From an uncultured Gemmatimonadaceae bacterium (GTDB lineage Bacteria; Gemmatimonadota; Gemmatimonadetes; Gemmatimonadales; GWC2-71-9), in contig CAZPER010000001.1 in the NCBI GenBank assembly GCA_964585655.1, positions 11,729 to 75,728 on the forward strand: a stretch of DNA of 64,000 nucleotides, read 5' to 3'. Of this stretch, positions 36,858-44,930 are shown piece by piece. Both the position numbers and the translations under genes were made by a program. The stretch's first letter is position 1, and each line of letters begins with the position of its first letter. The notes beneath the pieces were generated by a model. The model saw only the letters and a program-made list of their open reading frames with translations. It was not told the origin of the DNA and did no database searches.

Positions 36858-39629
36858 GTGCGGCGATCGATCGCAGGAATCGCGGTGCTCGTCCTCGGGG
36901 CCCTTCCCCTCGGGGCCCAGTCGGTGGGCGTGGTCACCGGCGTGGTCCGGGAGAGTGGCCCGGGTGGCCAACCCCTGGTTGGCGCCCGGGTCAGCGTCGA
37001 CAACGGCCGTTTCGTCACCGTCACCGACCCGCGCGGCGTCTACCGGGTCCGGGAACTCGTGGCCGGCTGGCACGCAATCCGGGTCGCCGCGATCGGCTAC
37101 CGGCCGCAGAGCCGCGACAGCGTCCTGATCCGGGCAGGGCAGACCACGCCGCTCGATTTTGCGCTGCAGGCCGACCCCGTCGGGCTGGAGCCGCTCGAGG
37201 TCATCGCCGAACGGGTTGACTCCGTGCTCGATCCGCTGGCCATCCAGGACCAGCAACGCTTCACCGCGGAGGACATCCGCCGCCTGCCGGTCTCCAGCGT
37301 GGAGGAGGCGATCGCCCTCTCCAGCGGCGCCGTCGGGGAGAGCTACCGCGGCGGCCGGCTCGGCCAGCAGGCCTTCATCCTCGACGGCCTCGGCCTCAAG
37401 AACCAGCTCGACGCCTCGACCGGCACCCTCGGCGTCCGGCTCCCGCCCGACATGCTCGCCGAGGCATCGCTCATTACCAACGGTTTCTCCGCCCGCTACG
37501 GGCAGGCCGTCTCCGCCCTGGTCAACCTCGCCACGCGCGACGGCGGAGAGCGATGGAGCGGACGGGCCGCCTACGAGACCGACCGTCCGATGGGGGAGAA
37601 TGACGATTTCGGGCTGGACCGGTTCGTGCTTGGCGCGGACGGCCCCCTCCCCGCCGGGATCCGGCTGCTCGCCGTGGCGGATCTCTCCGGCCGCCTCGAC
37701 GCCGACCCGGTGAACGCCCCCCGCGCCACCAATCCACGTGACCCCCGGAGCGACGGCTCCCGCATGCTGCCGCACAACAGCGCCGAGCAGGCCGACCTCG
37801 CGGCCAAGCTCACGATCCCGCTCGGCGCGCGGCAGACCCTGCGGCTGCTGGGCCTCCGCTCGGTGGACCAGCGGCTGCTGTACGACCAGGCGTACAAGTA
37901 CGACCAGGACCTGGCGCCGGTGCGGCGCACCACCGGCTACCTGGTGAATGGTCACCTGCAGCGGACCTTCCCCGGCCCCGACATCACCACCGACCTGCGG
38001 GTGGGGTACTTCGACCGCGAGTTCCTGCGCGGCACCGCCACCGAGGACCCTGATTACCGCTTCGGCGCCTTCACCGGCAAGTCGATCGGCATCCTGGGCG
38101 AGGACATCGCCCGCCGGCTCGATACCGTGGCCGCCAACACCCCGCTGCCCGGGCTCATCGCCCCGATCTGGAGCGATCGCACCCCTTGGGGGGTCCCCGC
38201 CTTCTTCCTGGGCCGGGCCTCGCGGGGTGGGCTCTCCTGGAACCAATTCCGCGAGTGGCGCACCCGCCTCGACGCCAGCATCCCCGCGGGAGGCAACACC
38301 GACCTCTACTTCGGTGGCGAGTACTCCGCCCAGCACGTCCGCACCTTCCAGAGGATCCAGGGCTACCTCCCCGTGGGCGATTCGGTGCCGGCCACCTCCG
38401 TGTCCGACTTCACCCCCTGGGCCGGATCGCTCTACGCCGAGGTGCAGGGCCGGTCCAACGACCTGGCCCTGACCGTGGGGATGCGCTACGACCAGTTCAG
38501 CGGCCGCGACGACCTGCCGGGCAAGGCAGCGAAGACCCAGCGGGCGCTCTCCCCGAGACTTGCGGTCAGCACCGTCCTCAAGGGTGCGACCTTCGTCGCC
38601 AGTTTCGGCAAGTTCCGGCAGGCACCGGACTACCAGTACCTGGTGGATGCCGCCTTCGACGATACCACCCGGACCGGCCGCTTCCGCGCCGGCAACCCGG
38701 ACCTGGGATTCGAGGAGTCCACCCAGTACGAATTCAGCCTCCGGATCCGGCCCACGCCGCTCACCTCGGCCCGGGCCAACCTCTACATCCGCCGCCTCGA
38801 TGGCCTGGTGGCATCGGTGCCGCTCAGCACCAACCCCGATTCCAGCATCTTCGGGAATGTGGACGCGGGGTCCGTGAAGGGCATCGAGTTCCTGGTCGAG
38901 CGGGAGTTTGCCCGTGGCTGGGGGGCGCGGGTGAGCTATGCGCTGCAGGAGGCCACTGCCAACTCCTCGGATGCGTTCTTCATCCGGCGCGGCTTCGAGA
39001 TCGATCCCGTCACCGGCGACACGACCTTCCCGGCGAAGGTCGAATTCCCGCTCGACTTCGACCGCCGCCACTCGCTCACCGCGATCGTCACCGGGACCAC
39101 TTCGCCACGACTCGGCCCCATGCTGCTCGGCGTCCGGCCGCTGGCGGAGTTCGAGGCCACCGCGATCTTCCGGTATGCCTCCGGCCTGCCATTCTCCCGC
39201 ACCAACACCGCGGGCGATTCCATCATCGGCCTGCCCAACGATGGCCGGCTGCCGTCAACCTCCGTGCTCGACGTCCTGCTGCGCCGGCCCCTCCGTTTCG
39301 GCGCCGTCGGCGGCAGCATCTACCTTGACGTGCGGAACATCCTGAATCGCCGGAATGTCATCGCCGTCCGCCGAGACACCGGGAAGATCCAGCTCACCGA
39401 AGCGAAGATGCAGGAGCTGGCTGACTCGGCCTACCAGGCCAACCCGTCCCCCATTCCGTACGAGTCTCCCCGGTACCGCGGCTGGGCGGACCTGGACAAC
39501 AACGGGTACGTGGAGGGAGCGGCGGAACTGCAGCCGCTCTTCCTCGCCGCCGCCCGCGACTTCTTCCAGCCGATCTTCTACTACGGCGCCCCCAGGCTGG
39601 TCCGGATCGGGATGGAGTTCACCTTCTGA
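36858..39629 (+). CDS. TonB-dependent receptor with N-terminal carboxypeptidase-regulatory-like domain
   Basis: GTG start 2 nt after the upstream stop, with leader VRRSIAGIAVLVLGALPLGAQS. CarboxypepD_reg-like segment GVVRE...G.RV.V......TD..G.Y.V..L..G. Plug region present. C-terminal RIGMEFTF ends in Phe. Confidence 0.8.
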   Translation: MRRSIAGIAVLVLGALPLGAQSVGVVTGVVRESGPGGQPLVGARVSVDNGRFVTVTDPRGVYRVRELVAGWHAIRVAAIGYRPQSRDSVLIRAGQTTPLDFALQADPVGLEPLEVIAERVDSVLDPLAIQDQQRFTAEDIRRLPVSSVEEAIALSSGAVGESYRGGRLGQQAFILDGLGLKNQLDASTGTLGVRLPPDMLAEASLITNGFSARYGQAVSALVNLATRDGGERWSGRAAYETDRPMGENDDFGLDRFVLGADGPLPAGIRLLAVADLSGRLDADPVNAPRATNPRDPRSDGSRMLPHNSAEQADLAAKLTIPLGARQTLRLLGLRSVDQRLLYDQAYKYDQDLAPVRRTTGYLVNGHLQRTFPGPDITTDLRVGYFDREFLRGTATEDPDYRFGAFTGKSIGILGEDIARRLDTVAANTPLPGLIAPIWSDRTPWGVPAFFLGRASRGGLSWNQFREWRTRLDASIPAGGNTDLYFGGEYSAQHVRTFQRIQGYLPVGDSVPATSVSDFTPWAGSLYAEVQGRSNDLALTVGMRYDQFSGRDDLPGKAAKTQRALSPRLAVSTVLKGATFVASFGKFRQAPDYQYLVDAAFDDTTRTGRFRAGNPDLGFEESTQYEFSLRIRPTPLTSARANLYIRRLDGLVASVPLSTNPDSSIFGNVDAGSVKGIEFLVEREFARGWGARVSYALQEATANSSDAFFIRRGFEIDPVTGDTTFPAKVEFPLDFDRRHSLTAIVTGTTSPRLGPMLLGVRPLAEFEATAIFRYASGLPFSRTNTAGDSIIGLPNDGRLPSTSVLDVLLRRPLRFGAVGGSIYLDVRNILNRRNVIAVRRDTGKIQLTEAKMQELADSAYQANPSPIPYESPRYRGWADLDNNGYVEGAAELQPLFLAAARDFFQPIFYYGAPRLVRIGMEFTF

Positions 39630-39635
39630 CGCAGA

Positions 39636-39662
39636 ACGGGGCGGCCACCCCGGCCGCCCCGT
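39636..39662. terminator. bidirectional GC hairpin between convergent genes
   Basis: ACGGGGCGGCC-ACCCC-GGCCGCCCCGT forms an 11-bp perfect stem. It lies between the receptor stop (39629) and the minus-strand stop (39662). There is no clear T-tract. Confidence 0.45.
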
Positions 39663-39886
39663 CAGTCGCCCCCACCACCATCGCCACCGCCGTCCCCGCC
39701 ACCGCCACCGTCACAGTCACTGCCGCCGTCCCCGTTGTCGCAATTCGTGTCGTTGTCCGGGCCGCTCGAAGCGGCCCCGCCGTCCGTCCCGCCGCCATCC
39801 GAACGGCGGCCGGTCTGCCGGCGGCGGCTGGAAGCGACCGCCGCGAGCGCGAGGACAATCAACAGAACCGCGAAGACGAGGGCCAT
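39662..39886 (-). CDS. possible 74-aa single-TM protein with Gly/Asp/Cys-rich acidic tail
   Basis: The ATG shares one nt with the upstream TGA. MALVFAVLLIVLALAAVA is followed by SSRRRQTGRR and then DGGG/GGD low complexity with 2 Cys. Many T-ending codons, atypical for this genome, lower the confidence. Confidence 0.3.
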   Translation of the reverse strand: MALVFAVLLIVLALAAVASSRRRQTGRRSDGGGTDGGAASSGPDNDTNCDNGDGGSDCDGGGGGDGGGDGGGGD

Positions 39887-40230
39887 CAGAACCAGGAACA
39901 CTCCCACTTGGTCGCCGGCTCGTAGCTGCAGTGCACCGGCAGCGGGTTGGTGTAATTGAAGGTGAGCTTGAAGGTCGCGCCGAGCCGCTGGTATTCGAAG
40001 CTGCTGCCGTTGGAGAGCCGAGGCAACCCGGCGAGATACTCCGGCACCATCTCCTCGAGGCTCATGGGATAGACGCCGCGGGCGCTGCGATACCCTTCCA
40101 TGGTCTGCACGATGGCGTTGCCGGCACGCATCCCGGCCGCGGCATTGGGGCCCTGTCCCGGGGTCGGCAGCGGCCCGAAATAGAACCACGCCCCCGCGGC
40201 GAGCGCGGCGAGGAACAGCACCAATTTCAT
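39886..40230 (-). CDS. small secreted/anchored protein of unknown function
   Basis: GGGAGG Shine-Dalgarno 7 nt upstream of the ATG. Leader MKLVLFLAALAAGAWFYFG. Codon use is normal. The C-terminus is CSYEPATKWECSWF. Confidence 0.6.
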   Translation of the reverse strand: MKLVLFLAALAAGAWFYFGPLPTPGQGPNAAAGMRAGNAIVQTMEGYRSARGVYPMSLEEMVPEYLAGLPRLSNGSSFEYQRLGATFKLTFNYTNPLPVHCSYEPATKWECSWF

Positions 40231-40364
40231 GTCAGCCTCCCGGGATTCGGACAGCGTGAACACTATAGGGAAAGCAAGTCGAGTGCCGGGGAGGACTCCG
40301 AGCCCGGCCCTCCCCGGTGCCGCCGCCGGCGACGGAGCTATCCCCCACTCCTGCCGTGGCTTAG

Positions 40365-40386
40365 GGCAGGCGCCATGGCGCCTGCC
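40365..40386. promoter_or_regulatory. 22-bp perfect palindrome upstream of the DUF1499 gene
   Basis: GGCAGGCGCCATGGCGCCTGCC is its own reverse complement. It ends 18 nt before the ATG at 40405. Confidence 0.4.
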
Positions 40387-40404
40387 GGGGGCTATCTTGT
40401 TTCG

Positions 40405-40857
40405 ATGCGGCTCCGCCTGCCCTTCCTCCCTCTGCTGCTCCTTGCGGCCTGCACTGGGTCCCCCATGTCACCGACTCCACCGTCCGAAGCCGAGTTCCGC
40501 CGCCTGCTCGCGCTGGGAAGCGGCCGGAACGTCGCGGCGACCAGCGATACCGCGAGCGACCCTCGTCTCCGGACCCGCCTGCTTGCCGGCCCGGTCGCGG
40601 CCGCGCGGGCACGCCTGCTCGAGAGTGTGAAGGACCTCCCCCGCTGGCGCATCGTGGACTCGAGCGGCACCGTTGTCTGGCTCAGCCGCACGACGCGGAT
40701 CTTCCGCTTCGTGGATGACATCCATCTCCTCCTCGAGGCGCGCGGGGACTCCGTCGCGGTGCACGCCCGGAGCGCCTCCCGGGTCGGCAAGGGGGACCTG
40801 GGCCAGAACCGCCGCAACCTGGCGGAACTCTGGGCCGCGCTTCCCGCGGGGAAGTGA
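40405..40857 (+). CDS. DUF1499-like lipoprotein
   Basis: Lipobox LLLAAC. RIFRFVDDIHLLL, ARSASRVGKGDLGQNRRN and L..L are typical of DUF1499. An alternative ATG at 40375 lies at the palindrome centre. Confidence 0.65.
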   Translation: MRLRLPFLPLLLLAACTGSPMSPTPPSEAEFRRLLALGSGRNVAATSDTASDPRLRTRLLAGPVAAARARLLESVKDLPRWRIVDSSGTVVWLSRTTRIFRFVDDIHLLLEARGDSVAVHARSASRVGKGDLGQNRRNLAELWAALPAGK

Positions 40858-40940
40858 CGGGCAGGCCGCGCTTGCGCTGACCCGCCACGTGTCCAAGGTT
40901 GCCCTGCGCGGCCACCAGGCCGCTTGTCGTGTTCGGCCAT

Positions 40941-40956
40941 TGTGAATACTCTCACA
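40941..40956. promoter_or_regulatory. CRP/FNR-family type binding-site candidate upstream of cydA
   Basis: Perfect TGTGA-ATACTC-TCACA. Its centre is 31 nt upstream of the cydA ATG, within a locally AT-richer stretch. Confidence 0.45.
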
Positions 40957-40979
40957 CGCCCAGATTCCACGGAACCTGC

Positions 40980-42326
40980 ATGTCCGACCTGCTGGCCGCC
41001 CGCACCCAGATGGCGCTCTCCCTCGGCTTCCACATCCTGTTTGCCGTGGTCGGCATCGGGATGCCGCTGCTGATGGTGGCGGCGGAGCGGCGCTGGCTCT
41101 CGCGGAAGGACCCGCTCGATCTCGAGCTCGCCAAGCGCTGGTCCAAGGGCACCGCGATCCTGTTCGCGGTGGGCGCGGTCTCCGGCACGGTCCTGTCGTT
41201 CGAGCTGGGCCTGCTCTGGCCCGGGTTCATGGAAATGGCGGGCCCGCTCATTGGCATGCCCTTCTCCCTCGAGGGCTTCGCCTTCTTCACCGAGGCCATC
41301 TTCCTCGGCATCTATCTCTATGGCTGGGACCGGATTCCCCCGAGGGCGCACCTCATGGCCGGGGTGCTGGTGGCGCTGAGCGGCGTCCTGTCCGGGATCT
41401 TCGTAGTGATCGCCAACGCGTGGATGAACACCCCGACCGGCTTCGACCTGGTGGATGGTGTCCCGGTCAACATCGATCCGATCCGCGCCCTGCTCAACCC
41501 CGCGGCCTTCCAGCAGACGCTGCACATGACCCTTGCCGCCTACGCCGCGACCGGATTCGCCGTGGCGGGGATCCATGCCTTCCTCCTGCTGCGCGACCCG
41601 CTCAACGCCTTTCACCGCCGCGCGCTCACCCTCGGCATCCTGATCGGCGCGCCCGCGGCCCTGCTCCAGCCTCTGTCCGGCGATATCAGCGCCCGCAACG
41701 TGGCGCAGTACCAGCCGGCCAAGCTTGCGGCCATGGAGGCGCTGTTCGAGACCCAGGCTGGCGCCCCGCTGCTCCTCGGCGGCTGGCCAGACATGGAGAC
41801 GCGCACGGTGCGCTGGGGGATCGAGCTCCCGTACGGGCTCTCGCTCCTGGCACACCATGATCCGAAGGCCGTGGTGACCGGGCTGGACCAGATTCCCCGG
41901 GACGAGTGGCCCAACGTCCCGATCGTCCATGTGGCCTTCCAGGTGATGGTCGGGATCGGCACGGTGATGGCCGCGGTGGCCGCGTGGGCACTCTGGCTCC
42001 TGGTCCGGCGCCGTGACCCCGCTGACCGCCGCCCGCTCCTGATCGCGCTCGCGGCCTGCGCCCCGCTCGGCTTCGTGGCCATCGAAGCCGGCTGGACGGT
42101 GACCGAGGTGGGCCGCCAGCCGTGGATCATCCACGGCGTCCTCCGCACCAGCGAGGCCGTGACCCCGATGCCCGGGCTGACCTACACGCTGCTGGGCTTC
42201 ACCCTGCTCTACCTCTTCCTGGGGGTGGTGGTGGCCTGGCTGCTCTATTCCCAGATCATCCGCAGCCCCAGGCACCAGGAGTGGAACCGGGTGTACACCC
42301 CCACGGTGGGGGCCCCCCATGCCTGA
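40980..42326 (+). CDS. cydA: cytochrome bd ubiquinol oxidase subunit I
   Basis: The N-terminus MSDLLAARTQMALSLGFHILFAVVGIGMPLL aligns with the CydA start. A Q-loop region and nine TM-like helices are present. GRQPWIIHGVLRT is the conserved motif. Confidence 0.9.
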   Translation: MSDLLAARTQMALSLGFHILFAVVGIGMPLLMVAAERRWLSRKDPLDLELAKRWSKGTAILFAVGAVSGTVLSFELGLLWPGFMEMAGPLIGMPFSLEGFAFFTEAIFLGIYLYGWDRIPPRAHLMAGVLVALSGVLSGIFVVIANAWMNTPTGFDLVDGVPVNIDPIRALLNPAAFQQTLHMTLAAYAATGFAVAGIHAFLLLRDPLNAFHRRALTLGILIGAPAALLQPLSGDISARNVAQYQPAKLAAMEALFETQAGAPLLLGGWPDMETRTVRWGIELPYGLSLLAHHDPKAVVTGLDQIPRDEWPNVPIVHVAFQVMVGIGTVMAAVAAWALWLLVRRRDPADRRPLLIALAACAPLGFVAIEAGWTVTEVGRQPWIIHGVLRTSEAVTPMPGLTYTLLGFTLLYLFLGVVVAWLLYSQIIRSPRHQEWNRVYTPTVGAPHA

Positions 42327-43329
42327 GCTCGGTGCCGCGGAACTGCTGGCCGGGGCCATCGTGGTCTCGCTCAACGCCTACGTGCTGCTCGCGGGCGCCG
42401 ATTTCGGCGGCGGCGTGTGGGACCTCCTGGCCACCGGCCCCCGCCGGGCCCGCCAGCGGGAGCTCATCGCCCACGCGATCGGTCCCGTATGGGAGGCCAA
42501 TCACGTCTGGCTGATCCTCGTGGTGGTGCTCCTCTTCACCTGCTTCCCCGCGGTGTTCAGTCGCCTCGCCATCGCGCTCCACATCCCCCTCACGCTGGTG
42601 CTCGTCGGCATCGTGCTCCGGGGCTCGGCCTTCACCTTCCGGAGCTATGGGGGCGAGGACGCGCCGAGCCAGCGCCGGTGGGGGCGGGTGTTCGCCATCG
42701 CGAGCCTGGTGACGCCGCTGGTGCTGGGGATCTGTGTCGGGGCCATCGCGGCGGGCCGGGTGGTGCCCCCGAGCGGCGCGGGGTTCGCCGCCGACTACCT
42801 GCATCCCTGGGTCTCGCCATTCACGGTCAGCGTGGGAGTGTTCACCCTCGCGCTCTTCGCGTTCATCGCGGCGGTCTACCTCACAATGGAAAGCGCCGAC
42901 GCCGAGGTCCGGGAGGATTTCCGGCGGCGCGCGCTCTGGGCCGGGGCGGCCGTCTTCGCGGCGGCGCTGACCACCCTCCTCCTCGCCTGGGAGGCGGCGC
43001 CGCTGGTGTGGCACGGCCTGATCACCAGCCGACGGGCGCTGCCGCTGCAACTCCTGACCGGGATCGCCGCGACCCTCGCCCTCTGGGCGCTCTGGCGCCG
43101 CCGCTTCCCGCTGGCGCGCGCCGCCGCCGCCGCGCAGGTCACGTTCATCCTCTGGGGCTGGGCCCTGGCGCAGTTTCCGTGGCTGCTGCCGCCCACCCTG
43201 GATATCCGCGGCGCCGCGGCGCCCGCGATCACCCTCAAGCTCACGCTGGGGGCGCTGGGCCTCGGTGCACTGGTCCTCTTCCCCTCCCTCTACTACCTCT
43301 TCCGCGTCTTCAAGAGCCGGCCACACTGA
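42319..43329 (+). CDS. cydB: cytochrome bd ubiquinol oxidase subunit II
   Basis: 8-nt overlap with cydA (ATGCCTGA). YVLLAGADFGGGVWDL and WEANHVWLI are typical CydB motifs. Confidence 0.85.
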   Translation: MPELGAAELLAGAIVVSLNAYVLLAGADFGGGVWDLLATGPRRARQRELIAHAIGPVWEANHVWLILVVVLLFTCFPAVFSRLAIALHIPLTLVLVGIVLRGSAFTFRSYGGEDAPSQRRWGRVFAIASLVTPLVLGICVGAIAAGRVVPPSGAGFAADYLHPWVSPFTVSVGVFTLALFAFIAAVYLTMESADAEVREDFRRRALWAGAAVFAAALTTLLLAWEAAPLVWHGLITSRRALPLQLLTGIAATLALWALWRRRFPLARAAAAAQVTFILWGWALAQFPWLLPPTLDIRGAAAPAITLKLTLGALGLGALVLFPSLYYLFRVFKSRPH

Positions 43330-43334
43330 TGCAA

Positions 43335-43368
43335 CAGGGCCCCCCGGCCGCGAGGCCGGGGGGCCCTG
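43335..43368. terminator. bidirectional hairpin between cydB and the POT transporter
   Basis: ACAGGGCCCCCCGGCC-GCGA-GGCCGGGGGGCCCTGT forms a 15-bp stem with a GNRA-type loop between convergent stops. Confidence 0.55.
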
Positions 43369-43398
43369 TCGTCGGGGGCGCGATCCGCCGGGTTCGCG

Positions 43399-44910
43399 CT
43401 ACTTGACCCCGTGCATGAGCTTGTTCACCAGCGGTGCGGCCACGAACAGCACCAGCCCGGCGCCGATCAGCGCCCAGAAGCCGAAGGTGTAGCCGCTCAG
43501 GGCCGACGCCGTCGTCATGCCTCCCTCGCCGCTCACCGCACTGGCAAAGATGCCGGACAGGTTGTTGCCGATGCCGATCGACACGAACCACCCACCCATG
43601 GCCAGGCCGCCCAGGCGTGAGGGCGCCAGCTTGGTGACCATCGAGAGGCCGATGGGGGACAGGCACAGCTCCCCGACCGACTGGATCACGTAGACCGCCA
43701 CCAGGGTCCAGAACGGGATCTTGCCGTCCACGCTCACCAGCTTCGACAGCGCGAACATGAGCAGCAGGAACGCCAGGCCGTTGAAGAGCAGCCCCAGTCC
43801 GAACTTGCGGGAAATGGACGGGTTGGCGTTCCAGGCGGCCGCCATCTTCACCCAGATCCACGCCATCACCGGCGCCAGGCTGATGACCGCGATCGAGTTG
43901 ACGCTCTGGAACCAGGCGGTCGGGAAGATGAATCCGCCCAGGTCCCGGTTGACGATCTGGTCGGCCAGGAAGGTGAAGGAGCTGCCGGCCTGCTCGAAGA
44001 ACATCCAGAAGAGGATGTTGAAGACGAAGATGATCATCATGGCGATCACCCGGTCCCGGGCGACCTTCCCCTCACGGATGGCCTCCACCATCAGCAGGAA
44101 TACCAGCACCACGAAGAGTGCCGACAGGACATACTGGAGGATCGTGCCACCCACGGCGAGCAGCGTGTAGATGATCGGGATCACCACCAGCGTCCCCAGG
44201 GCCACGACCAGGACCCGGTGACGGCCCATGGCCTCCGGCTCCGGGGCTCCGATGCCCTTGAGCTGGGCCCGCCCGAAGTAGAACCACACCAGGCTGATGA
44301 GCATCCCCACCCCGGCGGCGATGAACACGTAGTGGTAGGCGGGGGTCTCGGCCGTCCCGAAGACCGTGCTGGCGAGCCAGCCGGTCAGCAGCGGCGCCAG
44401 GAATGCCCCACAGTTGATGCCCATGTAGAAGATCGTGAAGCCGCTGTCCCGGCGTTCGTCCGACACCGCATACAGCCGGCCGACGAGGGTCGAGATGATT
44501 GGCTTGAACATCCCGTTGCCACAGACGATCGTGGCCAGGCCGAGCTTGAATAGCCTGGGATCGGGGACGGCAATCAGGAACAGGCCCGCCGCCATGAATA
44601 CCGCCCCCACCAGGATGGAGCGCTGGTGGCCCAGGTACTTGTCGGCGACGTAGCCACCCAGGATCGCCGCCGCGTACACCAGCGCGAGGTACGAGCCGTA
44701 GGTCAGGTTGGCATCGGCTTGCCCGCTCGCGGCTCCACCGTGGAACTGCGCGACGATGTAGAGCACCAGCGCCCAGCGGATGCCGTAGAAGGCGAACCGC
44801 TCCCAGAACTCGGACATGAACAGCATCCAGAGCGGTCCCGGATGACCCAGGACCTGCCGGAACTCGGGAATGGCGGCCTCGGCCCGGGACGAACCCCCTT
44901 CATTGCTCAT
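43399..44910 (-). CDS. proton-dependent oligopeptide transporter (POT/PTR2 family)
   Basis: Start at MSNEGGSS with GGAG upstream. FWERFAFYGIRWALVLY (ExxERFxYYG-type motif) and FYMGINCGAF are present. 12-14 TM helices. Confidence 0.9.
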   Translation of the reverse strand: MSNEGGSSRAEAAIPEFRQVLGHPGPLWMLFMSEFWERFAFYGIRWALVLYIVAQFHGGAASGQADANLTYGSYLALVYAAAILGGYVADKYLGHQRSILVGAVFMAAGLFLIAVPDPRLFKLGLATIVCGNGMFKPIISTLVGRLYAVSDERRDSGFTIFYMGINCGAFLAPLLTGWLASTVFGTAETPAYHYVFIAAGVGMLISLVWFYFGRAQLKGIGAPEPEAMGRHRVLVVALGTLVVIPIIYTLLAVGGTILQYVLSALFVVLVFLLMVEAIREGKVARDRVIAMMIIFVFNILFWMFFEQAGSSFTFLADQIVNRDLGGFIFPTAWFQSVNSIAVISLAPVMAWIWVKMAAAWNANPSISRKFGLGLLFNGLAFLLLMFALSKLVSVDGKIPFWTLVAVYVIQSVGELCLSPIGLSMVTKLAPSRLGGLAMGGWFVSIGIGNNLSGIFASAVSGEGGMTTASALSGYTFGFWALIGAGLVLFVAAPLVNKLMHGVK

Positions 44911-44930
44911 GCGTGTGCTCCGGTCTCGGT

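Noticed and set aside
36753-39071. 772-aa minus-strand ORF; also 40392..42374 and 62840..63674
   Set aside because: They are antisense shadows of the TonB-dependent receptor, cydA and the MFS transporter respectively.
39665-39725. GGC/GGT/GAC-rich periodic stretch considered as a tandem DNA repeat or CRISPR-like array
   Set aside because: It has no regular repeat-spacer structure. It is simple triplet low complexity encoding Gly/Asp, or non-coding sequence, only about 60 nt long.
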